From the NCBI RefSeq assembly GCF_003334785.1, contig NZ_QOWV01000003.1: a DNA stretch of 64,000 bases; one strand, written 5' to 3'. The stretch comes from Escherichia coli (GTDB lineage: Bacteria > Pseudomonadota > Gammaproteobacteria > Enterobacterales > Enterobacteriaceae). The position numbers were made by a program, and so were the translations under genes. Below, in pieces: positions 52,006-63,275 of the stretch; position 1 is the stretch's first letter, and every line of letters starts with the position of its first letter. The notes beneath the pieces were generated by a model that saw only the letters and a list, made by a program, of their open reading frames with translations, had not been told where the DNA came from and ran no database searches.

Positions 52006-54153
52006 TTACGCCAGTGCCGCTTCGCGCAGGCGAGTTTTCAACTTGTTGTACTCGTCAATCACGTACTGCTCGGCGGCGCGCTGATCGGCGATCGGCTCGA
52101 CGCGAACGGCGCAGTATTTGTACTCCGGCGTTTTCGTAATCGGGCTTAAGTTTTCAGTAACCAGCTCGTTACAGGCACCAATCCACCACTGGTAGGTCAT
52201 GTAAATCGCCCCTTTGTTCGGACGATCGCTGACCTGCGCACGGGTGATAATTTTGCCTTTACGCGAGTGCACCCAAACCAATGCCTCATCTTCAATACCC
52301 AGACGTTTGGCGTCTTCGGTATTGATTTGTGCGTAGCCAGGTTCATCAGCCAGCGCCGCCAGTGCCGCACAGTTACCGGTCATCGAACGGCAAGAGTAGT
52401 GACCAACTTCACGCACCGTTGACAGTACCATCGGGTACTCGTCGGTGAGTTTGTCGATTGGCGCTACCCAGTCGCAGGTGAAGAACTGCGCCAGACCGTT
52501 CGGGGTATCAAACTTCTCTTTAAACAGATAAGAAGTCCCCTGATCGGCATCTGAAGTATCGCGGCAAGGCCACTGAATGAAGCCCAGTTCGCCCATTTTC
52601 TCGTAAGTCGCACCGTAGAAATCCGGGCACAGATGACGCAACTCATCCCAGATCTCCTGGGTGTTGTTGTAGTGCATCGGATAACCCATACGGGTGGCGA
52701 TTTCACTGATGATTTGCCAGTCCGTTTTCAGATCCCATTTCGGTTCAACCGCCTTGAAGAAACGCTGGAAGCCACGGTCAGCCGCAGTAAACACGCCTTC
52801 ATGCTCGCCCCACGACGTTGACGGTAAAATAACATCCGCCGCCGACGCGGTTTTGGTCATAAAGATGTCCTGAACGATAACCAGTTCCAGATCTTCAAAG
52901 GCTTTACGTACTGCCGACAGCTCCGCGTCAGTTTGTAGCGGATCTTCGCCCATAATGTACGCGGCACGCACTTCGCCATGCGCTGCGCGGTGCGGCAGCT
53001 CGCTGATGCGATAGCCGGTATGCGCTGGCAGGCTTTCCACGCCCCAGGCTTTGGCGAATTTCTCGCGGTTAGCCGGATCTTTCACGTACTGGTATCCCGG
53101 ATACGTATCCGGCAGCGCGCCCATATCGCAGGCACCCTGAACGTTGTTCTGACCACGAACCGGGTTAACACCCGCATGCGGCTTACCGAGGTTACCGGTC
53201 AGCATCGCGAGGCTGGTCAGAGAACGCACGGTTTCCACGCCCTGGTAGAACTGGGTTACACCCATGCCCCACAGGATGGCGGCGCTTTTCGCCTGGGCAT
53301 ACATCCGTGCCGCCTGACGAATCTCACTGGCGCTGACGCCGGTGATATCTTCAACCGACTCCGGCGTGTAGCCTTCAACGATTTTACGATACTCTTCAAA
53401 GCCTTCTGTACGTGAAGCGACGAACGCTTTGTCGTACAGATTTTCTTCAATAATGACATGGCCCATCGCATTCAACAGCGCGATGTTCGAGCCGTTTTTC
53501 AGTGCAATGTGCATGTCAGCAATGCGCGCGGTTTCAATTTTGCGCGGATCGCAGACGATAATTTTCGCCCCGTTACGTTTAGCGTTAATTACGTGATTCG
53601 CCACGATTGGGTGGGAATCCGCCGGGTTGTACCCGAAAACGAACACTAAATCGGTATTATCAATTTCGTTAATAGCATTGCTCATTGCGCCATTACCGAC
53701 CGATTGGTGCAGACCTGCAACCGATGGGCCGTGTCAGACACGAGCGCAGCAGTCAACGTTATTGGTACCAATAACGGCGCGCGCAAATTTTTGCATTACA
53801 TAGTTGGTTTCGTTACCCGTACCACGCGAGGAGCCGGTCGTCTGGATGGCATCCGGACCGTACTTCTCTTTGATGGCGCTCAGGCGCTCGGCAACGTAAT
53901 TCAGTGCCTCATCCCAGGAAACAGGTTCGAGTTTGCCGCCACGCTGGCGACGGATCATGGGGGTTTTCAGGCGCGGGGTCAGGATCTGGGTATCGTTAAT
54001 GAAGTCCCAGCCATAATAACCCTTCAGACACAGGGTACCCTGGTTGGTTTTCCCCTGCGCTGCCTCCGCCCGGACGATTTTGCCGTTATCGACGACCAGG
54101 TTGATTTTGCAACCTGATGCGCAATAGGGGCAAACCGTGACGACTTTTTTCAT
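52006..54153 (-). CDS. fdhF: formate dehydrogenase H, selenocysteine-containing (UGA recoded as Sec at codon 140)
   Basis: ORF track splits it into 53734-54153 (MKKVVTVCPYCASGCKINLV...CCARV) and 52006-53685, in the same frame and separated only by one TGA (reverse complement of 53734-53736); reading through gives 715 aa. Confidence 0.93.
53690..53733 (-). other. SECIS stem-loop directing selenocysteine insertion at the fdhF UGA
   Basis: Minus-strand sequence directly 3' of the UGA reads cacggcccatcggttgcaggtctgcaccaatcggtcggtaatgg, matching the fdhF SECIS hairpin as I remember it (GGUUGCAGGUCUGCACC apical stem-loop). Confidence 0.8.
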
Positions 54154-54202
54154 CGGTCTCGCTCCAGTTAATCAAATCACGCATACGCGCTCTCGACTAC
54201 AG

Positions 54203-54350
54203 TATGCATCTTTTATGCCACATTTTATGTGGGGTCATTCCCTGATATTACGGGCACTATTTATTCAAAACTCTGACGAAAAACAGGCTGTCGTCAGTTT
54301 TGACGTGACGAAACGAAATACCGCGTGACAGCCATCACGCGGCAGACATT
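54203..54350 (-). promoter_or_regulatory. sigma54 promoter and FhlA-type upstream activating sequence of fdhF
   Basis: Minus-strand TGGCATAAAAGATGCATA (reverse complement of 54203-54220; GG-N10-GC) about 50 bp upstream of the fdhF ATG; repeated tgtcgtcag / tgacgtgacg / cgtgacag motifs at 54290-54340. Confidence 0.65.
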
Positions 54351-55817
54351 TTATTTTTTCTCGACGACGGGACCTGCCTGATACCCGCCGCCCAGCGATT
54401 TCATCAACTGAATGCTTTGGATCACCCGGCGGCTGTCCAGCATCAGTAATGACATCTCTTCGGCAAGCACTGGCAACCGGGCTTCGGTGGCCTGTAAGCG
54501 GCTGGTTAAGCCGCGCTGATAGGCGGCCTCGGCAGCGCGCTGGGTAAAGCGCGTGGCTTCCACGCGTTCAGCCTGCATTTCTCGCTCGTCGTTGAGCGTT
54601 TGCAGACGCGTGCCGTTGACGGCAACGTCACGCACCGCGTTCAGTACTGACTGGTTGTAACGTTCAATCATCATGTTGCTGGCGGCGCGCGTGCCTTCGA
54701 GATTGGCATTCAACCGTCCACCGTCAAACAGCGGCAATTTCAGACCCGGGATGAAGTTGAACTGGCGACTGGTTTTTTTGAATAAGGTATGCAGATGGAT
54801 GGAGTCCAGACCGAAAAACGCTTTGATATCAAAGCTCGGATAGAACAACGCCCGCGCGGAATCCACCTGATCTAATGACGCCTGAACATACCAGCGCATG
54901 GCTTGCAGATCCGGGCGTCTGGCGAGCAACTCATAAGAGAGTGTCGCCGGAATGCCGGTCTGGACTTGCGGTAATGCCACCGGTCTGATCTCCGGCATAT
55001 CGCTGGCTCCCGCGCCAATCAATGCACGCAGAGATTCTCGCGTTTCGGTGATTTGCCCTTTGACGGCAACAATTTGTTTATCGACCGCCAGAATCTGTGC
55101 CCGCGCGCCGTGGAAAGGCACTTGCGCTTCCAGACCGTGCGCCACTTTACTCTGGTGCGCTTTCACCGCGTAATCAATCACATCGTGAGTTTGTTCTAAC
55201 AGATCGAGCATCTGATAGCTGGCCTGCATACTGTAATAAAGCTGCGCTACGCCCGTGGCCAGCGATAGCTCTACTGCTGCGGTTTCTGCCAGCGCGGCAT
55301 TATGCGCGCCAATGGCGGCGGCAACCGCTGAGCGATGCACACCCCACAAATCAAGATCCAGTCCGGCAAACAAACCTACTGTGGCTTCCGTATAGTACGG
55401 CCCGTCCATACCCAGTGCTGGCGCATCCATTGAATAAGGGCTTAAAAAGCCGTTCGCCGAGACACGTTGGCGGTTGAGCATCCCTAACGCTGCGACCTGT
55501 AATTGTGAACCGGCATCTAACAAATCGGCCTGGGACTGCGCTTTTTCTTCCCGCAGTTTCGCTTCGGCGAGGGTGTGTGAACCACTTAGCGTCCGTTGGA
55601 TCAGCGCATCCAGCTGCGGGTCATTGAGTTGTTTCCACCACTGCGCCTGCGGCCAGCCGGAGCTGGCAAGATGAATATCGTCGGCCAGTTTGATTTGTTC
55701 CGGTTTGAGCTGTTGATGAGGTGCAGAATCCTTACGTACCAGGGCACAGCCGGAAATCAGCGTCGTGCTGCCGAGAATGCTGCACAACAGCAGACGTGAA
55801 AGTTGACGATTGATCAT
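54351..55817 (-). CDS. mdtP: outer membrane factor lipoprotein of a tripartite efflux pump
   Basis: 488-aa ORF with lipobox (LISGCA) MINRQLSRLLLCSILGSTTLISGC...; 4-nt overlap with mdtO. Confidence 0.9.
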   Translation of the reverse strand: MINRQLSRLLLCSILGSTTLISGCALVRKDSAPHQQLKPEQIKLADDIHLASSGWPQAQWWKQLNDPQLDALIQRTLSGSHTLAEAKLREEKAQSQADLLDAGSQLQVAALGMLNRQRVSANGFLSPYSMDAPALGMDGPYYTEATVGLFAGLDLDLWGVHRSAVAAAIGAHNAALAETAAVELSLATGVAQLYYSMQASYQMLDLLEQTHDVIDYAVKAHQSKVAHGLEAQVPFHGARAQILAVDKQIVAVKGQITETRESLRALIGAGASDMPEIRPVALPQVQTGIPATLSYELLARRPDLQAMRWYVQASLDQVDSARALFYPSFDIKAFFGLDSIHLHTLFKKTSRQFNFIPGLKLPLFDGGRLNANLEGTRAASNMMIERYNQSVLNAVRDVAVNGTRLQTLNDEREMQAERVEATRFTQRAAEAAYQRGLTSRLQATEARLPVLAEEMSLLMLDSRRVIQSIQLMKSLGGGYQAGPVVEKK

Positions 55818-57865
55818 TGCGTGGCTCCTTGTGCCTGTTCCGTGGCGGGCGTTAATGCCGGGGCTGTCCAGTCTGGCAAGCGGGCGAAAAGCTGGCAGAC
55901 GTGTTGCTCCTGTTTTAATAAGGTGGGCAGGATGGCCTGAGAGGCGGGTGTCTCTTCAAGCGTTATTTGAGGAGAACGGCTGAGTGCGGTTGCCAGACCG
56001 GCAGCGTATTTCTCCAGGGCGTCGGCAAACTGACCTGCTCTGTCCGGCTGTAGTGCGTTATCCAGCGCCTGCGCCGAGTTCCAGGTGGCATCCCAGGCGT
56101 GAAGAAGATCGCGGCCCTGACGAATAACCGTTTGCGAACGTTCAATCAGTAATGCGCGTTCTTCGCTGTCCAGTTGACGCTCCAGCGCCACGCGTTGGCA
56201 CATCTCTTCACAGGCATTAAACGCCGCATGCAGACCGATACGAATTTGCAGATAAGTGCGCAGAGCCGTGACTTCCTGCTGGCGTGGGATCCGCATTACT
56301 TTACTTAACATACCCAGCGTGCCAGCCAGTTTTTGCGGCAGTGTGCGCGCTTCACTTTCAGGCCAGACAAAGGTGTAAATCACCGCGGACACCACGGTAC
56401 CAATGATGATACCCAGGGCGCGATCGCGAATTTCCACCAGGTCGTACACTGGGCCAAAAACGTTTTCGAGCGTGGCGAGCGCGAAGGTGACCACCATCTG
56501 TGTGCCGATATAAGAAGAGCGTTCAGAGCTGGTGGCAATCCATGCGCCCAACAGGAAAATCGGTGCCAGCACAAACAGCAATTCGACAATATTGTCCAGC
56601 CAGGGCATGACCAGTAGCGTGAATAACAGCGCCAGAATCGCGCCGCAAAAGGCCCCGCCAAAACGCAGCACCATCTTCTGGTACGACGAACCGACATTTG
56701 GGTTAGCGACGATCACGCATGTCAGCATACAGGTGTGAATGCCTTCCCAGTCCACGCCGCTGTAAAAGGTGTAACAGATCAAACAGGCGAGCAGCGTTTT
56801 TACCGCGTAGCGCATATAGTCTGGATTGGTAAAAGCATCGGCGGCCATTGATGGCGGTTTGGCTGCGGGCGTTGGCGGCGTATTCGGGTCCATCTGACCC
56901 AGTTGTAACAACGTCTGGCAGATATTCTCCAGGTTACATTCCCGTGCCGCCATCGCTTCACTTTCACTGATCCGCCAGTCGCTTTGCCAGCACTGACCTT
57001 CAGCAACGGCATGCTGCAGCTTGTTGATTTCTGAAGCTAATTTTTGTCGGAATTCAATAATTGCCTGAGAATCAGCAAAAGAGGTGGGATCGTAGCGATT
57101 CAGCGTCGAGTAAATGTAGGTTACCGTTGCCACGCAGCTTTGCCACCATGCGTTTTGAGTTCGCCAGTTGGCATCGTCCGCGAGGCAAAAGACATTGAGT
57201 TTTTGTAGCGCCAGCGCCTCTCTTTCAATCCGCGTTTCGGGTAGCGGTGCGAGGCTGTCTGTCAGGTGACTAATGGCATCATCAAGCCGATCATTAAGCG
57301 CCTGATGCATTTGCGAAATGGCACGACTGGGAAACCACAGCACGCCGATTAACGTCATCAGCAAGGTTGGATAGAGGCCAACAACGATACACCACAGCGT
57401 TAAGCGCACGACCACTTCCGGATAGTCGAGCATGGCGGGGAAGGTTTGCCCGTAAATAGCGACAATGGCGACGGCGAAAAAGACCAGCCCCAAGCGATGG
57501 GTGCGCATCAAAAACATGCAGCCCATCAGGATCGGTCCGGCGATGATCAATCGGATCAACGGTTCGCCGTATGACCATTTGTAGATCAAAAACAGGCTGC
57601 CGATCTCCAGCACCGTGGCAACCACAAACAAGATCGCGACAAATTTGGTGTAAAACGCGTTCGACTGAATACCGTAAAACAGCACTGCCAGCGATAACGC
57701 CACAAAAGGGATCTCAAAGGTCATCGAGATCAGAATCACCAGCAGGCAGCCTACCCAGAGTTGCACGGTCTGCGGCACGCGACCTGGTCGCCGCTCGCTT
57801 AACTCTTCATGAAAGAACGCCAGCAGCCTGACCACCGGTAATGGCAGGGAGTTGAGCGCGCTCAT
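55814..57865 (-). CDS. mdtO: inner membrane efflux component (FUSC/aromatic acid exporter-like)
   Basis: 683-aa polytopic ORF MSALNSLPLPVVRLLAFFHEELSERRPG...; start overlaps mdtN stop by 1 nt. Confidence 0.9.
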   Translation of the reverse strand: MSALNSLPLPVVRLLAFFHEELSERRPGRVPQTVQLWVGCLLVILISMTFEIPFVALSLAVLFYGIQSNAFYTKFVAILFVVATVLEIGSLFLIYKWSYGEPLIRLIIAGPILMGCMFLMRTHRLGLVFFAVAIVAIYGQTFPAMLDYPEVVVRLTLWCIVVGLYPTLLMTLIGVLWFPSRAISQMHQALNDRLDDAISHLTDSLAPLPETRIEREALALQKLNVFCLADDANWRTQNAWWQSCVATVTYIYSTLNRYDPTSFADSQAIIEFRQKLASEINKLQHAVAEGQCWQSDWRISESEAMAARECNLENICQTLLQLGQMDPNTPPTPAAKPPSMAADAFTNPDYMRYAVKTLLACLICYTFYSGVDWEGIHTCMLTCVIVANPNVGSSYQKMVLRFGGAFCGAILALLFTLLVMPWLDNIVELLFVLAPIFLLGAWIATSSERSSYIGTQMVVTFALATLENVFGPVYDLVEIRDRALGIIIGTVVSAVIYTFVWPESEARTLPQKLAGTLGMLSKVMRIPRQQEVTALRTYLQIRIGLHAAFNACEEMCQRVALERQLDSEERALLIERSQTVIRQGRDLLHAWDATWNSAQALDNALQPDRAGQFADALEKYAAGLATALSRSPQITLEETPASQAILPTLLKQEQHVCQLFARLPDWTAPALTPATEQAQGATQ

Positions 57866-58896
57866 TATTGCGGCTCAAGATTAGCGACTGCCGAAGCGCC
57901 GATGCGGAACATTTCCGGGTCAGGTTTATCGACCATGATTTTGACCGGAAAACGCTGGGCAACGCGGACCCAGTTAATAGAACGAGACACTTTCGGCAGG
58001 CCGCCCAGCACCAGGCCGCCGTCATCCGGTAGCACGCCGTAGCCAATCGAATCCACTTTACCCTCGAAGGTTTTGCCGCTGTCACTCATCAGGCGAATCG
58101 TTGCGGGTGTACCTGAGCGAATATTTTTCAGATCGGTTTCGCGGAAGTTGGCGATCACATACCAGTGACGAGTGTCGATTAGGGTAAAAATAGGGCGCAT
58201 GGCAGAAGCAAATTGCCCGACGGAGGTTTTGAGGGAAATGACCCGGCCATCAAACGGCGCGCGAACGGTCGCCATTTCCAGATGCAGTTTGGTCAGGGCA
58301 ATATCCGCTTCGACCGCCGCACGCTGGGCAACTAATGCATCCACGCCGCTGACGGCGCTGGCGGCTGACTGCGCCTGTAACAATACGGCATTAAGATCCG
58401 CTTCTGCGGCGCGCTGCGCCGTTCTTGCACGGTCAACATCTTCCGCTGAGACAAAACCTTCTTTCAGTAATGGCTCGGTGCGGCGTAATGTATCTGTGGC
58501 CTGTTTCGCGGCGGCACGGGCTTTTTCTACCGTGGCATTAACCGAGTCGGCACCAAACTGTTGCGCGTCAACGCTACGCTGGGTGAGCATAATTTGCTTA
58601 TCCAGCGCCGCGAGGGAGGCTTCAGCTTTCGCCAGATTGGCTTCGTACGGGCGCGGGTCGATGCGGAACAGCAAATCGCCCTGTTTGACTGCCTGGTTGT
58701 CGGTGACCGCCAGTTCTACAATGCGGCCGCTGACTTCCGGTACCACATCAATGGTATCTGCTGACGCGTAAGCGTCATTAGTTGATGGCGCACTGTCTAC
58801 GCGCCAGATAACGAAAACAAGGGCAACCAGCGCCAACGCAACCACTAACAGAGCAGGGAATTTACTGCGAGGAGCTTTTTTCGGCGTACTTTCCAT
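57865..58896 (-). CDS. mdtN: membrane fusion protein (HlyD family)
   Basis: 343-aa ORF MESTPKKAPRSKFPALLVVALALVALVFVIWRVD... with coiled-coil hairpin region. Confidence 0.9.
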   Translation of the reverse strand: MESTPKKAPRSKFPALLVVALALVALVFVIWRVDSAPSTNDAYASADTIDVVPEVSGRIVELAVTDNQAVKQGDLLFRIDPRPYEANLAKAEASLAALDKQIMLTQRSVDAQQFGADSVNATVEKARAAAKQATDTLRRTEPLLKEGFVSAEDVDRARTAQRAAEADLNAVLLQAQSAASAVSGVDALVAQRAAVEADIALTKLHLEMATVRAPFDGRVISLKTSVGQFASAMRPIFTLIDTRHWYVIANFRETDLKNIRSGTPATIRLMSDSGKTFEGKVDSIGYGVLPDDGGLVLGGLPKVSRSINWVRVAQRFPVKIMVDKPDPEMFRIGASAVANLEPQ

Positions 58897-58914
58897 GAGC
58901 GCGTCTCAAATAGA

Positions 58915-59190
58915 TTAGAAAAATGCCAGCCAGAACAGCATGGCGTAGAGAGCAAAAAGGGCGGTATAAATAATTCCGACAAATGCCAGATTGATATTTG
59001 CCCGCTGAATAACTCGCCTCGTGATGAGCGTCAAAATAAGGCTGGCAATGGCGCAGAAAAACCAGCTGGGATAATAAGCGCCGATCACCGGGATTGCCGG
59101 AGATAATGAGCATCCCGAAACCATGAAGACGGGAATTATCCAGGCTGTTTTTTTGAGTTGCATCGCCATGCGAGAGAGAACTGTTGGCAT
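58915..59190 (-). CDS. ytcA: small lipoprotein upstream of mdtN
   Basis: ORF 58915-59238; start placed at internal ATG (MPTVLSRMAMQLKKTAWIIPVFMVSGCSLSPA...) giving 91 aa with lipobox. Confidence 0.7.
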   Translation of the reverse strand: MPTVLSRMAMQLKKTAWIIPVFMVSGCSLSPAIPVIGAYYPSWFFCAIASLILTLITRRVIQRANINLAFVGIIYTALFALYAMLFWLAFF

Positions 59191-59351
59191 ATTAAATACA
59201 TCCTGTCTGCTGCGAACAATATCTGTAGTGAATATCAATATCCATTGAAGGCGTCAGTATGGCTATTTTCTTGATGAATAAAAATAGCTTTATTCAGCCA
59301 CCGCATTCATAACTTATATATTTTATTTATTAATTGGCTGTATATATTTTT

Positions 59352-59392
59352 AAAATAAATACTTTTGGGGGCTTCAGCGCCCCCAAAAGCGA
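59352..59392 (-). terminator. rho-independent terminator of yjcS
   Basis: ttttgggggcttcagcgcccccaaaag hairpin 7 bp after the yjcS stop; T-rich tail on the minus strand. Confidence 0.75.
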
Positions 59393-59398
59393 GTGACA

Positions 59399-61384
59399 TT
59401 AATTTGGGGTTACGATATTCACCCACAAATCGAAATTATCCAGACAGGCGATAATTTCTTCCAGTTTCGCGCCATTGCCAATAATTTTGGCTTTCTTCGC
59501 TTTTACCAGATCCGCCATTTTGGCTTGTCCGGTCAGCACGGCGTGCAGATCTTCACGGCTGATGTAGAAAGAGGCGTCGGCTTGCGGTTGCAGCGTTTTC
59601 CGGTAGTTAAGCACGCTATCGTTCAGCGTCAGGTTGAGGTTATCGCCGTTGCTCATATTGAAGTTCAGGCTGATATTTTTACCCGCAGCTTTCGCGCTAT
59701 CGAGGCGAACGGCCATAAAGTCGAACAGCATTTCGACCGACATCCCGCGAATGGTGTCCGGGGAACCGGTGGTGCCGTGGCTGAACTTATGCACCCCTTC
59801 GCGCAGCTCTTTCGCGCCGGTCAGGTAGAAACCGCGCCATGTGGCGGACTCGGCCTGATAGCCCAGCTGTTCAAAGTTATTCGCTTGCAGATTCTTCGCG
59901 ACCTGGTCACCCGGGTTGGCGGCAATCACCTGTTTCAGCAGTTCTGCCGACCAGCGGTAATCACCTTGCTTGTTCGCTTCTTGCGCCAGGTTGATGACAC
60001 GGGCAGAACCGCCCAGCGCCTGCACGTAACGTTTACCCATCTCCACCTGACCATACGGATGCAGGTTAGCCGGGTTACCGTCGTAATAGCCAAGATAGAA
60101 GTTATACACCGCGCGGGCGTTGTGGCTGACAGAACCGTAATAGCCGCGGCTGGCCCAGTTATTGGCAAGTGCAGGCGGCAGCTTAATCATGTCGCCGATT
60201 TCATTCATGGTGTAGCCCTGGTTCGCCAGGTGCAGGGTCTGGTCGTGAATGTACTTGATGGTATCGCGGTATTTACCAATATAATCATTGATATGCTTAT
60301 TGCCCCAGACCGGCCAGGTGTGCGGCATAAACAGCACTTCCGCGTCGTTACCCCACATATCCAGCGTTTCGTTCAGATACTCGGTCCACTTGCTGGTGTC
60401 GCGGGTTTTCGCGCCGCGCAGAGTGTAGAAGTTGTGCAGGGTATGCGTGGCGTTCTCGGCGGTACACAGGGCTTTCAGGGCCGGAATATAGAAGTGCATT
60501 TCGGCTGGCGCTTCGCTACCTGGGGTCATCAGGAAGTCAAACTCCAGGCCGTCGATAATCATCTTCTCGCCAGTTCTGACGATAGTTTTCGTCGGTGCAA
60601 TAATGCTCGGGTCGCCCGTTGCCAGCGTCACGCCAAGGCCATTACCCACATTGCCTTGCGCGTTGTGCGGCAGTAACAGACCGTAAGAGTAGAGCGCACG
60701 GCGGCTCATGATGTTACCCGCCAGCACGTTTTCGCTGATGGCTTCGTCCATAAAGCCTGCAGGGGCAATCACCTGAACTTTGCCGGATTTAACATCGGCT
60801 TCAGAGATAATGCCTTTCACGCCACCATAGTGGTCGGTGTGGCTGTGAGTGTAGATAACGGCAACAATCGGTTTTTGCGGACGATGCTGGAAGTAAAGGT
60901 CAAGTGCGGCTTTTGCGGCAGGCGGCGTCACCAGCGGGTCGATAACAATAATGCCTTTCTCGCCCTCAACGAACGTAATGTTAGAGATATCCTGGCCGCG
61001 CACCTGATACATTTTATCGGTGACTTTGAACAGGCCAGAAATACCGTTGATTTGCGACTGACGCCACAGGCTGGGGTTTACGGTTTCCGGCGCTGCGGCA
61101 TTAATATCAAATTTGTAATCGTCCGCGCGGTAGTAAACTTTACCGTTCGCATCACGCAGAATACCTTCATCCAGCAGCGGGGCGATAAATCCACGCTGGG
61201 CATCGTCAAAATCCTGACGATCGCTAAACGGTAATGATTTGGCGTAATTCTGATTAACCTGTTGGGTATATTGAGTGGCGGCTTTCGCTTCCTCTTTCGC
61301 GTTAGCGGTATTTACCATCATGCCGCTGGCGGCAGTTAACGCAATAACAATCCTGCTCAAACGGAATAACCGAGAGTTATTCAT
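59399..61384 (-). CDS. yjcS: putative alkyl/aryl-sulfatase (metallo-beta-lactamase fold)
   Basis: ORF 59399-61396; start placed at ATG giving 661 aa ([29 protein letters not shown]... signal peptide); metal-binding motif HSHTDHYGG. Confidence 0.88.
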
Positions 61385-61613
61385 ATAAATCTCCATTTAT
61401 CATTTATGTCGTAAATATGTAATCCATGCAAAATACGTCATTTAAAGCTGGCGTTATCATAATTGGGAAATTGCGACTTTAATAAGTGGAAGTGTGAGCG
61501 GAACGCGCCATTTTATTAGGCATTTGTGCTGAAGAGGGAAAATTACAGTAAAACTATCATTGCAGAAAATAATATGAGTCGTTTTATGTGTTTATTATAT
61601 ATATTGTACCTGT

Positions 61614-61650
61614 CGTTGGCACAGCGGGACATTGCGCTACTGTGCCAACG
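61614..61650. other. perfect 11-bp inverted repeat with 15-nt spacer in the yjcS-alsK spacer
   Basis: cgttggcacag-cgggacattgcgcta-ctgtgccaacg followed by TTTTAC on the plus strand. Confidence 0.6.
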
Positions 61651-61656
61651 TTTTAC

Positions 61657-63265
<1,609 letters not shown>

Positions 63266-63275
63266 GTTCAATTCC

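Noticed and set aside
59393-60676. 427-aa plus-strand ORF antisense to yjcS
   Set aside because: Long only because the opposite strand is a GC-rich coding region; yjcS on the minus strand has signal peptide, metal-binding motif and terminator.
61614-61650. Sigma54 promoter suggested by TGGCAC inside the inverted repeat
   Set aside because: GG to GC spacing is about 14 nt rather than 10; better explained as a palindrome or hairpin.
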